A DNA stretch of 64,000 nt from Octopus sinensis (taxonomy: Eukaryota). The notes beneath the pieces were generated by a model. That model did no database searches. It saw nothing but the letters and a program-made list of their open reading frames with translations, and had not been told where the DNA came from. The translations under genes and the position numbers were made by a program. Positions within the stretch are counted from its first letter, which is position 1. Every line of letters starts with the position of its first letter. Positions 26,596-40,520 of this stretch are shown here, piece by piece. The stretch spans positions 100,998,001 to 101,062,000 of the forward strand of contig NC_042999.1 of NCBI RefSeq assembly GCF_006345805.1. Reading direction: 5' to 3'.

Positions 26596-26824
26596 AATGA
26601 GGAACACCGACATGGTCACTAGATATGCTAGAAATAGCAGTCATATACCCTCAGCTCATACCCTTATGTCTAAAACGGGTACTTTGTATAATGTAGCACT
26701 AGGTGCTCTGTACCTAGGAAAACAAAAAAACAAAAAAAACAAAAAAGAAAACAGGATAGCCATGACTAAAAGGTTTTTGATCATAGGTTTCCCTAATTAG
26801 GGCTGACCTGTGGCTAAACAACAT
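26596..26824 (+). mobile_element. Interspersed repeat family D, SINE-like with (CAA)n-type tail
   Basis: gctagaaatagcag...ggatagccatgact...tttgatcataggt...gggctgacctgtggctaaacaac. Homologous pieces occur near 4.9, 9.4, 11.6, 16.2, 17.8, 25.3, 40.6, 43.7, 44.2 and 58.4 kb. Confidence 0.6.
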
Positions 26825-29800
26825 AGTGACATTAAAAAATGTTCAAACCTCTCATGTACTGCTTCTCTACCAGTTAGGCAGAGTTGATGTTTAAGTTGAT
26901 GTTTATTATTCTGTCTAGTAAATACTTTGTTCCTTTACACTTTGCTCAAGTTTATCACTCATCTCTTTTAGCTATTCCATCACTATATTGACATTTTTGT
27001 AATCCTCTGCTGCAGGCATAAAATCAAAACCAAACACTAGCTAATGTTCACCTTACATACCTTCCATCTCCCACTTTTACTCAGTATCTTAAACACACGC
27101 TGGTTTTCTCGAGATTTTATTATATAGAGTGAATCCATTTACATCACAAAACTCTATGAAGCTTATGTTTTCTAAGTTCAAAATACAAGAAATATTTTTT
27201 GCTAAACGAAAATAATTCTTTCCTGTTGATGGAATATTTTTAAATAACATCTTCAGCTGTAACATGTAGCTATAATAAAGTAATTTCCTTTTAAATTGTT
27301 ATATCTAAGTTTTTTTTAAAAATCACAAGTTCAAATTTCAGTAACTGTCTTTCTCTTCATAAACTTATAATTATTTTCTTTATTAATGTTTCATAAATAC
27401 GACCAAATCTTCCATTAGGATGTCAGACAAAATGTCTGGGGGTGTTTAGTTACAACCATTGATGATTTAATTTCAAATCCTGCTAAGGTTAACTTTACAT
27501 TACATATTTGTGGGATTCATAAAATAATGTACCAACCAGGTACTGGGATCAGTCTAATTGACATCCACTTGCCCCAAAATATGTGATTTTTGTGCCAATG
27601 TTAAAAATTTATATTACCAAACCTTCTAGCACCTTACTTTCAGTGTTATGTCTTATTGGAAACAACAACATTATTTTCTTCTAACTATTTATAAAAATAA
27701 ATGCTCCAAAATGGAATACAACTCATAAATTTATATGAAGACAATCTCATTCTCCTCCTGTTCATGATGCTAATAATGATGATGAAGAAAAAATCATTTA
27801 GTTTCCAATATTATTTATTCAATTTACAGAGTAGCTGCTTTTAAAAAAAATATCAGTCTTTGTTCTTACTCCACCCACTCACATTACTATATCAATATCA
27901 TTTATTTGCAGATTCACTTCTAGTTATGAATAAAAAAAAAATTGAAAAACCTTTTGAATTGTATAAATAACAGTAAAAGTATGAAATATGAATTAAGCTG
28001 TTATAAATGATAGTATTATAGGTGAAAGTATAGTATTGTAATTGCTAACAGTCTCTTATATTGTGTAATATCAGACATAGTTTGTTGAGCACATTAAATA
28101 TTTATTTAGTGACAATTATCTCTAAGTTATTGGAACAGCAAGTAAAGGTGAGGCCAATGACACAGGTTTAATTATTCAGTGTAATTCTAGAATGGCTTGG
28201 GGTTAAGGATTCTTTACTCTCTAATTTTGCCTCCACCAACAAATACATACACTGGTGCAATCAAAGCAGTTGAAACTTTGAATTCACATAAAGCTGAGTT
28301 AAGCCAGGAGTTAAAAGTTAGAAATAATTGTGTCTCTTATTCATCACATTAACAGCAGAAATGAAATGTTTTTGAGGCCAAGTGAAAAGAGTTGCTATTT
28401 TGTTTCATGAATTATGAGTTCTTGTTCCATCAGAGATACTGTACTGTTATTTTGGTAATTAATGTCCTTATCACTAATAAAGAAGCAGGGCAGAAGAATA
28501 AAGGAGAATACTCAGAATTTTTTGTGCAGTTTTGATAAGGATACTAACTGGGTTTTGTGTCACAATAGTAACAATAGCACAAAATAATATACTTATAAAA
28601 ACTTTGCATTTATTCTTTTCCTATTACAAAGTGTACATTTATTGAATTTCAAAATTAAAGCATATTTTTGGGAATTGATGATACTTAAGCCAAGTATTCA
28701 ACAATTAAATGGAAATTATGCCTAATTTACAGCTGAGAGGTTGTGCCAATTAGAATAATACTAGTTGTTGATAACCACAAGAAAATACCAATAGAAGACA
28801 TTTTGTTTAATTGTCTGCAGTTTCTATAACCATTCTACTACTATGTCTCTAATTAGCAGAGTGATTGAACAAGCTTCAACAACTTCCGGTTTGAATTGCA
28901 TTATTGATTAGACCACATCATTCTGTTTCTTGCTACATATTTTAATTATTAAACTGATAGTACCAAATAATGAAAAGCATTTTTTTAAAAAGTTTCATGT
29001 ATTTTAATGCATTGCAGTAATATGAGATATGACAGAACACTTTCTAGAGTCAGACAAAATAAACAATCATAGCATAAAATGCAAACATAAATATTATACA
29101 ATATAATTGAGGTTCAGAAAATATGCATTTATAAATTTTTTTTTTTTACTTCTTAGTCAATAATTGTAAAAAATATTACTTGTAACTAGCAGAAATATTT
29201 TGCTTCCAACTGACAATACTATTTCAGTAAAAGTTCGAACATATTTGGTGAATTTTTACATTTACATATATTTTCCTTTCACAGAGAGTATAAAAAGTAA
29301 CATCTAATACAATATGATATAATCAATAATGCTATATAGTAATATGCTTGTAAGTTTACTTTGAAATAATTTTGGTGTATAATCCATGCCAGCATGGAAA
29401 AGAGACATTAAAGAGGAGGAGGAGGACGACGACGACGATGACTAAAAGAGAAAGCCTGGGTTGACAACTGAGGGGCCACAATTTCAACATTGTTAGATCT
29501 TAAGCAGCTTTAGTTTATTTTTTAGATAATTTAGTCAAAAGAGATGGAGCAAAACATAGGATCTTTGTTTTACACTCTCTGAGACTAGATGTGGTTGAAG
29601 TTATTCTCAAAATGGAGTTAGTTCAAAAGCACACAACAGAGAGGGCTTGGCTGAAGATACCCGTGCAGGGCCTATAAGCTTGTGCATTACTCCAGAACCA
29701 AGAGCATCCCCATAAAAAAAAATCTACAAACACTTTCAGAAGATTCACTCCATTGTGGAATGTGAAAGTAGTATTGTTCTATTTTATCGAATTTCTTTAA

Positions 29801-30117
29801 GGCCCTACACAGATAGCATTAAACCAAATGATACATTAAGTCTACAGTCCAATGTAGACTTAAAAGGATGGGATGATCACCAACAGAATGTCCTCAATCA
29901 CAGGTCTACCTAATCCTACATGAAATTGCAATTGGGTTAAAACCTAGGAATTATCTATGTGCAAGGTTAAAAATATATTCTTATGTAGAATTAATTTATA
30001 TGTCCTATGGTGTGATACATAATATTAGTCATACAATAAGTAGCAAATCTACATCACCTGTTGACTTATTCTGAAAATTAACTTCTATATAAAGAATAAT
30101 TATGTTAGTTTTAATAT

Positions 30118-30413
30118 ATTTAATGCAGGGAACATTAAAAAGCTAACAAGAAAACACTACATAGTGAAGAAAAGACAATATCAAAAACAACAATCATTTT
30201 AGTTGTGATAAGCAAAAGTAACAACTTTGGATATGCTTTGTATTTATGTTCTCTTCAGTAGAATATAAAATTCAATGCCTTATCTATGTAGTAATAAGAG
30301 ATCATTTCAAAGGTAAATAAAGCAAAAACAGTATCAGGCATTGACTAATACAATTTTTTTTTACCTCAATCTATTTATTTGTTGTGATCTAGTTAATGTT
30401 CCCTGCATTAAAT
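30118..30413. mobile_element. 296-bp element bounded by perfect 21-bp inverted repeats (MITE candidate)
   Basis: atttaatgcagggaacattaa at 30118-30138 is the exact reverse complement of ttaatgttccctgcattaaat at 30393-30413. The interior is AT-rich and non-coding. Confidence 0.6.
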
Positions 30414-31228
30414 GTTAACTATAATGTAACTTATATATAAATACTGAAAAGTTTTCCTAGGAATGCCTTTTACATGAAAAAATATATAGTTAAGTGCGGG
30501 TTACTATACTTAATGTAAAGAGTCAAAATGAATTTTCAATCAAGTGAAATTTCACTCAGAATGAGAAAGTAGTAGTTAGTATTTATAATAATTCTTGCCA
30601 AAGAAGACAATAGAGAAAACGTACTGTCAATAATGTTAATAATTTTTCTTTTTATTTTGGGTTTTGGGTGTAATTTCATGTTATTACTTTTTTTTTTGGC
30701 TCATTAAATTAATTAAGTTAACCCACCACAATGATATATATAAACAATCTGACAAAGAGAGTACGTATGATTGTGACTAGGTTTTATTATAATTTGTTTC
30801 ATGAATTTGAGAACAATAGCATTACTGGATACATGTGCTTAAAGATGGTTCAATTACTACACAGTCAAGTGACCAGAGAAGCCATGTGGGCAGCCAGAGA
30901 GTTCACCATCATCCTCTGACAAGTTCACTGCCACCTTTTTAGCATGTACTGTTATAACTGAATCTATTTCTGCTCTGCCAAACATATTCTGCAATATTAG
31001 CCACTGACTTTATCCTTCAGCCAATCCATGGCATTTAACTTCAAAACAACAATGACAGTCCATATGAATGTACAACACCTAGCAGTTTGGAAGCTTGAAA
31101 TTAATCAGGTGACTGTGAGGGTCTGGAGTTACAAAACAATCTTGCTTTGAAGGGACTCTAGAAATATATCCTTAAAAAGTAGCATAGCTATCACTCACAA
31201 GTGGACATGACTTGGGAAGATGTACCAT

Positions 31229-31229
31229 T

Positions 31230-31261
<32 letters not shown>

Positions 31262-31670
31262 TTAATGTTCATTATCCATGCTGGCATGGATTGGATGGTT
31301 TGACCAGAGCTGGTAAGCTGGGGGAGATGCACCAGACTCCAGTCTGATTTCAGATGGTTTCTATGGCTGGATGCCCTTCCTAATGCCAACCACTTTACAG
31401 AGCATGTTGGGAACTTTTACATGGCACTGCACTGGCACTGTTATGTGATGCTGCAGGGAGGCTTTTACATGGTGCCACAAGGGTGTTTTACATGGTACCA
31501 CACAGGTGCTTTTACATGGCACTACCACAAGTACTTTACACCACCAAAAGGACCAGTCTTAACACTTCTGCTACCGAGTATAGGTCTTCTTGAGTATAGC
31601 AAGGCACCAGGTATCTCGGTCCTTTGTCATCTCACCTGAAAGGGTCAGCATCCTGAGGCCAATATTCAGT
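31229..31670 (-). mobile_element. 5'-truncated RTE LINE with ORF2 C-terminus, 3' UTR and tail
   Basis: Minus strand encodes GLRMLTLSGEMTKDRDTWCLAILKKTYTR*, an RTE-like ORF2 end, directly followed by the family 3' UTR and (GAT)n. Confidence 0.8.
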
Positions 31671-32901
31671 ACCATGCTTTTGCTAAGTGTTTTAAGTAGT
31701 TTTAGATAGTCACTCTTAGTCCTTCCACACTTGGCTCAGCTAAACATCCAAAATGTGACAGCTAGAAAGAAAAGGTACTGTACCAGTTAATACTGAGTTA
31801 GTACTTAGTTTTCAGCACAGAAGATAGAAACAATGAGAAAGTGAGTCCCATGGTCAGAGACAACACACCACTCAGTACAAGAATATAACCAATTGACTTT
31901 ATGATTGTGAACACAATATTCCTACCACTAGACCACACAGCTTATAAGGAATTTATTTTCATATTCTATTGCTCACTATGTAATCAATAATCAAGTTACT
32001 TTCAAGTTCCTTGAATAAATTATCCAAAATCTAATATAATAACCCTAAAAAATTTAAAGAAACATAGAGTCTGGTACTTAGTTGTGCTTTAAGGGAGTTA
32101 GCCATATGAGCTCAAATACTCAAATATTCTCATAGGTTATTATAAAGAATAAATATCACCCAAATTAATATTATTATTCTAAAACATACAAAAAACAAGC
32201 AGAATCTTGACGATCTTCCAGGAATTATTGCAAAAAAATCAATCAAGGCTCCATGACCACTTTAAAACATAGAATCTAAACAACTGATACATATGTAAAT
32301 AATGATTACTTTTGCCTGGGCATAATGCCATTTATTGTGAGTAAAACTGTAGTTCAGTGAGACACATCCAACGTCTTAATTGTACCTATCTCATGGTTTC
32401 TAGAAAATTGTATTCTGCCACAAACCAATGATTAATCTACCAAAATTCTATTAATAAAGGCATCACTAAAATTTCCCAAACTTCATCTGTACTTTTCTCA
32501 TTGCAAGAGTTTGCATACATTACACATACACACAAGTACATACATGCACACACACATCATGTTAATTAGTCTTTTATTTATACAAAAAAGAGAATATTCC
32601 ATGTAATTAGTGAAAAGTAATAATGCTGCCAAAACAAATTGTATATTTAAGTGAAAAGAAAGAGTGTGGAGAGAAAAATATAAAAAGAAAGACCCAAATG
32701 TGAGCAAGTATATATCTATAAATACACAATTCACTCAGTCACAGACAAGCAAAACTGTCGAATGTCAACATTCATGCATGCACAAACCCCCATACATGCA
32801 TCAGGCTCCCACTGCACAGCTTCTAGGGCAAGTGCCTTCTACTATAGATTCAGCTGGCCAAAGCCTTGTGAATGGATTTGAGAGATAGGAACTGAAAGAG
32901 G

Positions 32902-32904
<3 letters not shown>

Positions 32905-32937
<33 letters not shown>

Positions 32938-32972
32938 ATACATGCATGTGTGTGTGTGTGTGTGCATACATG

Positions 32973-33017
<45 letters not shown>

Positions 33018-33054
33018 ATACATGCATGTGTGTGTGTGTGTGTGCATACATGCA

Positions 33055-33085
<31 letters not shown>

Positions 33086-33118
33086 TGTGTGTGCGCGTGC
33101 GTGCGTGCGTGTGTGTGT
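32905..33118. repeat. Compound (TG)n microsatellite with periodic CATACATGCA interruptions, following a family-A SINE 5' half
   Basis: Directly visible; it explains the cluster of HT and CV repeat ORFs here. Confidence 0.9.
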
Positions 33119-33352
33119 TTACCTTGACATATACCAATTGTAAATGAATATCAATGTCATACAAATGATGTAATTCATTTGCAATCATACATGGAAGCAT
33201 TTCTAGCCATTGTGCTGCCCATTTTTAAAGGACAAATGGAAGTACTAACTTGCTTGGAAACAGGTGGGAGTTGGTGACAGGAGAGCATTCACTCATAGAA
33301 AACCTGACTCAACAAATTTCATCTGATCCATCCAAGCATGAAAAAGTGGATG

Positions 33353-33391
<39 letters not shown>

Positions 33392-34629
33392 GGGCATCAG
33401 TCAACCCTGGGCTACAGTAGAAGACACTTTCCCAAGGTGCCATGCAATAGTTCCAAATCCAAATCCATATGATTGTGAAACAAATTTCTTAATCACACAG
33501 TCATGAAATATATATTACAAGACAGTTATTTATGTGAATCATTCTCACTATGATACTTCACACGCACATAGCTCAGCCCTAAAAGGAGAAGGGAATGAAA
33601 TTGTTTCCAAAAGGGAAGGCACCAAACTAGTAACTTTAGGGTGTCTGGTCAGATTCTCAGCAAATTTCTCCTGCGCTCTGATATGACTTAAATAACACCA
33701 ACAAAAGGCCTTTCTAGAGTAAATAATAATAAAAAAAGCAACTGCAAGAAAAGCTAAACAGATTGAAGAACAAAAATCCTTAAGGCAATGTCAGAAAGAT
33801 CAAATAAGATAAAAGAATGATTTTGAAATGCACATGGAAGATTCTTGCATGCATGCGTGCATGCACACAAAACGCTATGATAAGACCACTATATTTCACA
33901 TTGGCTAATAATTTTGGAAAGAACATCCTGCTACAAGAGAAGGAGATGAAATACAAGAGGTAAACTTTGAGATTTGAGATATAGCAGAAGATTTTAGAAA
34001 AAGGATCTATGAAGTTATACTGTTTAAGATGTTAGTGGCTGTTTAAGTAAAACAAAACTTCAACAAGTGAACAAGGAAATTGTAGAAATGAGAATAAGAA
34101 ATCAGTTGAATATATAGATATAGAAGACTGTGCTCTGTGAAAGTTAAATCATAATAATAAAGAAGTGGTTTATCAATATTCCAACAATCTCAGTAGAATA
34201 AAATATATTTCAAAAAAGATTGAATGATGTAAATTTGAAGATTCGAGAATGTGAAGATTGAAAACGTTAACAATTCCCACAGTACTGGGATTCATTATAT
34301 TTCCCCAATGAATAAAACAACATGCAAATCCTCCATCCACTCACAAATATCTAAACAAGTTTGCAAGATCTGTATAATGGGTTTTGCCATGTAAAACTTA
34401 GCTTCTGTATATGTATGTATAATGGATACATGCCATATAAAGCATAGCTTCTGTAAGTACTGTGTGGTTCAGAAGTTTGCTTTGTAACCATATGGTTTTG
34501 GGTTCAATCCTAATGTGTAGCACCCTGGGAAAGTGTTTTCTAATATTGTCCCAGGTTGATCAATAATTTGTGAGAGAATATATTAGGTGGATAGGAACTG
34601 TGTGGAAACCTGTTATAAGTGTGTGTACA

Positions 34630-34678
<49 letters not shown>

Positions 34679-34789
34679 CCAGATTTATAAGTGCAGACAA
34701 AGAAGAGGTGTAAAGGAATCACAGAGAAGGTAAGCTTTGAATGTGGCAGATGCACAGAAGCAATAAGCACATGAAAATAGAGTATTTTA

Positions 34790-35152
34790 AATGCCCAGAT
34801 AGCTCGCTAGAAGTTGTTGTTGGCAGCTTCTGATACCTAGGGAACACAATTAGCAGTGGAGGTGGCTACTCAGAAATTGCTACTGCTGGAAACAAAGATC
34901 TTTTCCCTCGGGATGAAGAGCAGCTTGTATGATACTTTAACTAAAATTGCAATGTTGCATGGCATTGAGATATAGGCCTTGGATGTACAAGGCTTACAAA
35001 GACTGGAAAGAAATGCAGCTTGCATGCTCTGATGGATGTGTAATGGTGCATGAACACTGGAGTATAAACGAACTAAGGAAACTAAACTGGGTGTAAAACG
35101 AATTGGGTGTAAAGTGCATTAGAGGATGCTTTGTAGGTATGGGCATGTGATG
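34790..35152 (+). pseudogene. Decayed RTE ORF2 fragment (post-RT region)
   Basis: KCPDSSLEVVVGSF*YLGNTISSGGGYSE...SSLYDTLTKIAMLHGIEI*ALDVQGLQRLERNAACML*WMCN...YGHVM. Confidence 0.75.
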
Positions 35153-35167
35153 ACTACACTTACACAC

Positions 35168-35223
<56 letters not shown>

Positions 35224-35229
35224 TGAAAG

Positions 35230-35271
<42 letters not shown>

Positions 35272-36592
35272 CAGATCTAAAATCCAGCATTGTTGTTTAT
35301 GTTGTGTCTCTTTCAGAATGAAATGAATACTGAGATCAGTATGATCAACTGAAACCCTTAAAGACAATGCCCCAGCATGGCTACAGTCTAATGATTGAAC
35401 CTAGTGAAACAGACACACACACATACATTCACACAGATGAAATGATGATGATTATGATCATTACGATCATAGTCATCGTTTCCACTTTCCCATATTGACA
35501 TAGATTGGATGATACTGAGGCTGTATTCTAAGGCCTGATGCCCTTTCTGTCATCAACCCTTATTTGCTCTTCAATATTTTTATTCCATCACCAAACTATT
35601 GTTCAAAGGGGACATAGAAAATGCATTGGTACTTAATTGGTGTCAGTGTCAAGATATGGAGAAATAGACACATACTATATATATATATATATTTGTGATA
35701 TATAGTTTTTGTTTAATAAATTTCATTTGCAAGGCATTGGTCAGCCTGAGGCTAGAGTAGAAGACATTTTCCCAAAGTGTCACACAGTGGAATGGAACTG
35801 GATATTATGCATCAGTGTAATAAATTCTACAGCTACACATTCATGCCTGTGCCTTATGCAGAACTGTTTGATTATATAATCAAGAGAAGAGAGTTATTAT
35901 TATGTATTTTCACTGAGATTTCTAACTAAAAAAAAAAGATAAAAGAGATATAAAGCATGTGTAACTGAGATGTCAATTGAAACATGCCTTCTAATTATTT
36001 AAATGTCATGTAAAAATAGTTACTGAAGCAAGTGTTTTTAACGTTAATTTTTCAAATGAAATTGAAACTTGGCATTTTTGTTTCATCAGTTTGGTCTGAG
36101 GGAATCTTTGTGTCTATTGCCATCATTGGCAATTAATGGTGGTTAATGCTTCAACTGATATTTAACAATCACCAAAAGTTAATTTTTTTGACTGATATTT
36201 AACACAAAAATAAAATAAAATAAAATATACAAACATCAAATGACAACTTGTGTTCAATGTTTCCATTATTGATACAGCAGAGTTAAAAACTAGTCATATC
36301 AACTACATGTGTTGTGGCTCATAACCTATTGCTACTTATTAACTGGTAAGTGAGGCCAATACTATATTGAAATTATAAGAATATAAACAGGGGAACTGTT
36401 TCATAAGATTTCTTTATCTAGAATGCTTAAATAATTTTATCAAAATGCATTACAGATTTTATTATGATTTGTTGGTATGATATTATTCAGTAGCTTATAT
36501 TAACTAGAATATGTAGCATTTACATGATCAGTCTATCATATCATATTCAAAGCTTTTATTGTACTGTGATATGAAGCATTTCTTTTTAACAA

Positions 36593-38133
36593 TCTTACTA
36601 TGTCTGTCTGTACGTCTGTCCGTGACCTTTTCCAGGTCAAACAGCTGGTCACACTTGCACAAAACTTGGCAGTCTTACTATTGACATCTCGAGAGTGGTT
36701 TATATCATGTTTAAAAAAATTTTTGGAAAGACTTGTTTTACTGCTTTGATTTGTACAAAACTAAGGAAGCCATTTCCGTAAAAGATTTCTTTTATTTATT
36801 TATTTCCTTTCCTTGTGTGTGGCAGCATAGGGACATTGTTTGACAAGACGTGCTTTGATGGGGTGTGTGACACAGCAAGTGAGTGACAGAGACAGAGAGA
36901 GACACACACACACACACACACAGACAAATGGAGAGAAAGACAGAGACAAACACAGGGAGAGAGAGAGAGACAAAGACAGAGATTGTGTGTATGTCTGTGT
37001 ATGTTGTTTTTTAAACCCCATTAAAACACTTTCTTTACAATGATGTCAACTTCAGCCAGCACCCACAACAAAAATATTCATAAATAAAAATACATAAAAA
37101 TAAAATTATATGGAAATTGGCCACAGTAACAAAACAGAAACAAAAACTGAAATGGCATTTATGAAAGCTCAAACAGTACTTTCAATTCTTCTTTCATTAT
37201 TATCTCTACAAAAGTTCTGGGTGTTGATGGAGTGAGCAGCACACAAACTGTGAGACACACAGAGAGACAGGCAGAGAGAGAAAGACAGAGACAGAGAAAA
37301 ACACAGATAGACAGAAACAGAGAGAAAGACACACTGTATGTGTGTGGGTATGTGTGTGTCAATTTGGTATAGCACCCAGGACAAAAAAAATAAATAAAAA
37401 CAATAATGTAAATGACCACATGATTAACAACTTCCCAGGAGAAAGTTGACAATATCTATGTTGAGACACTATAGTCGATGGAAATTATCACCAGTATCCA
37501 CAGGATTTCCTTAACAACTTGAATCCATCGGGACTACCTATGCATAGAATCTCACTGTAAAAGTACTGTCCTATAATGCTCCTACGAAATTTTGACCCTG
37601 CCAATGGACATTGCAACGGAACAAGATACACCATCATGCAACTCAATTCTCACGTCATCGAGGCAGTGACAGTGATCGGCCCTCACAGTGGTAAGCACCT
37701 GCTCATACCTCAGATACCACTGGTACCCTCCGACAACCAGTTTCCCTTCCAATTACAACACAGGCAGTTTCCCATCAAACTAGTCTTCTCATTCACTGCT
37801 AACAAGCCACAGGGCCAGACTTTAGTTAATGTTGGTGTGTTTCTGCCCAACGGCCAGTTGTATGTCACTATGAGCAGAGCAACGGACTCAGCTAATTTGA
37901 AAATTAGTGTTGATCAAACACAAAATATCGTTTACAAAAGAAGTTTTGCAAATGTAATAATATCATGAATATGTACTACGTAAAGCTGTACATAAGTATA
38001 ATCAAAACTAACCATTATTTATATTTTGTTACATTTCCTATGCTATATTTCAGTATAAATACATTCATACTTAAAGTTGTTATTATTTTCCACCCTCTTT
38101 TCATTTCCCATCGTAGATGGGTAGCTTTGCTAG
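36593..38133 (+). mobile_element. Internally deleted Helitron with apparent native termini
   Basis: 5' A|TC at 36592/36593 followed by tgtctgtctg..aaacttggc. The 3' end has a CCCATC-GTA-GATGGG hairpin (38107-38121), an 8-nt spacer and CTAG|T (38130-38134). A PIF1 helicase fragment lies inside. The 5' end is less certain than the 3' end. Confidence 0.65.
37420..37968 (+). pseudogene. Helitron PIF1-like helicase C-terminal fragment
   Basis: YPQDFLNNLNPSGLP..PIMLLRNFDPANGHCNGTRY..QFPIKLVFSFTANKPQGQTL..GQLYVTMSRA..TQNIVY. In-frame stops lie upstream, and the PVFSH-like stretch before GQLYV is missing. Confidence 0.9.
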
Positions 38134-39884
38134 TTTATATAATGTAACATATTTTTGCTCTGAAATGGTGAATTTGTCAACATCAAGAATTTAATACAAA
38201 GCAAGTTAAAACTGGTAGCATGGTGGACAAAACGCTTAGCAGTATATAGTTATGTACCTTCACATTTTGAGTTCAAATTTCACCGAGATTAACTTTGCTT
38301 TTCTTCCTACCAAGATTAATAAAATAAACTGTTCATCAAGTACAGGGAGGCACTGTAACCAACAACACTTGTCCCCTAAAGTGTGGAATTGTACCAGTTG
38401 ACATTAGAATCAACTGGACAGAAAAATGAACCATCAAAAATAGATTTCACTAAGCCATCACATCCACTCAATAACATTGATACTAGGCAGGTTGGGTTTA
38501 TCAATACATGCTATTTATAGCAAGTTCCACTTTGCCATAACCTTCAAATAATTAACGATTTTTCACTTATCAGTTTTCTAATGTTGGTGATTGCATGCCT
38601 TTTGGAATTATTCCTTCTTATTTCATAGCTGACCAGAGTAAATGGTCAGTTAATGCAGTCATCTGTTGCTATACAGAATTTGCTGAAAGAATGAATAAGA
38701 TGTTGTCTCAAATAATTAAAAAGAATCAAGAGCTTGTGGTATTGGCAAATGTATCATGCACACAATTTCTTTTGCTCATTTATTTTGTTTATTCTGTTGC
38801 TCATTTGAACACTAACTAAATCCTCTGGCATTCATCTGTCTGCTTTAATCCCAGGCTATTTAATTTATTGTCAGTATGTAGAAGCAAACAATTTCCAAGA
38901 TTGATGTGTAGGCAAACCTAGTACACTATACACCATAATGATTACTATAATGATAGTTTATGATAAATACTTACTTGATATCACATGAACATCATTTCAG
39001 AGGAGCAACTGGATTGATACCCATCCTTTATACTGCTAGTATTTATAACATTATTAAACAAGTGCACATTATACTGTTATTATATATGACTGACATTCAC
39101 TTTACACAAAAGTCGTCAGGCAATATTTAATAATAGCATTGCAATTATATGAACACTGATATTTCCAATGTATAACTCATAATGTACATTACTAGAACAG
39201 CAGGACAATCCTCTGTAATACATAGTATAACAGATACTGATATCCATATTGATTATCTTGATATTAGTATCTCTAATACTAATAATCATATAACCAATAA
39301 ATAATAGTCAATATGATTTGAATCTTAGGTTGAAGAGTTGTAAATTTACATATTTTCAATAGTGTTGAACTTAGTACAAAAATTATGAAACTTTATTTAC
39401 AATACAGTAGAACTAATAAGAAACAAGAGATAACTTAATGCTCAAGAGGGCTAAATGGTAACATGTAGTCTTTTAGTTTTGATTTCCAAGATCAAATCTT
39501 CTAACAAACAAATAAAAATAAAAATAAATAAGTTGGTGGTGCTTTGCATCTGCCAAATAAAAACAAATCTCTTCACTAGAAGTCAATATTGGAAAAAAAA
39601 AAAAAATTGAAATCAAAACAAAGGTGAATTGGTAGAAATCGTAAAGCCACAGAATTTTAGAGTTATTACTTTGTGTTTTTAGAGTAAATACTGCCTTCAT
39701 CTTTCAAGGATTAAGAAACATACTGGCTTCAGTTTAATCAACTATATCCCTCTATATACAGAGATTAGCCTTGCACCAACAAATATATTCCAGAAAATGA
39801 TGTGTGATTAGTCATACATTTCAGTATATTCATAAACATTTTCAGTATCTTCATAAATATTTTCTAATACTCATGTGTAACATA

Positions 39885-40520
39885 GCCATAAGACCACAAA
39901 GTTGAAGGGGAGACACTTAGTTACATAAAATCAACCGCAGTACTTGATTGGTACGTTTTATCAATCTTGAATGAATGAAAAGTAGACGTGACCATTGTGG
40001 GATTTGAAATCAGAATATAAAGAGCCAAAATAAATATCTCAAGGCATCCTAATGATTCTGCTAATCTATTGCCCTTAAAGTCAAGGAATAATTGTATCTA
40101 ACACAGGTACAAGGCTTGAAATTTTGCAGGAAGGAGTTAGTTGGTTAGATCAACCCAGTGTTTGACTGTTACTTCATTAAACCAGAAAAGATAAAAGGAA
40201 AAATAGACTTTGGCAGGATATGAACTCAGAACCTAAAAACGTAGAACTAATACTACAACACATTTTCTCTAATGCTCTAACAATTCTGCCATTCCACCAC
40301 CCTTAATAATAATAATTTCAAATTTTGGCACAAGACCAGCAAGTTCAAGGGAGGATGTAAGTTGATTATATAGGCCTCAGTACACAACTGGTATTTGTTT
40401 TATTGATTCCAAAAGGATGAAAAGCAAAGTCAACCTCAGCAGAATTTGAACTCAGAACATACAGACAAATGAAATGTTACTAAGCATTTTGCCCAACATG
40501 CTGCCAGTTCACCACCTTAC
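39885..40520 (-). mobile_element. Three head-to-tail degenerate family-C SINE copies
   Basis: Units at about 39885-40075, 40095-40303 and 40316-40520, each with variants of the ggatgaaaggcaaagtcaacc..gaatttgaactcagaac motif. Confidence 0.65.
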
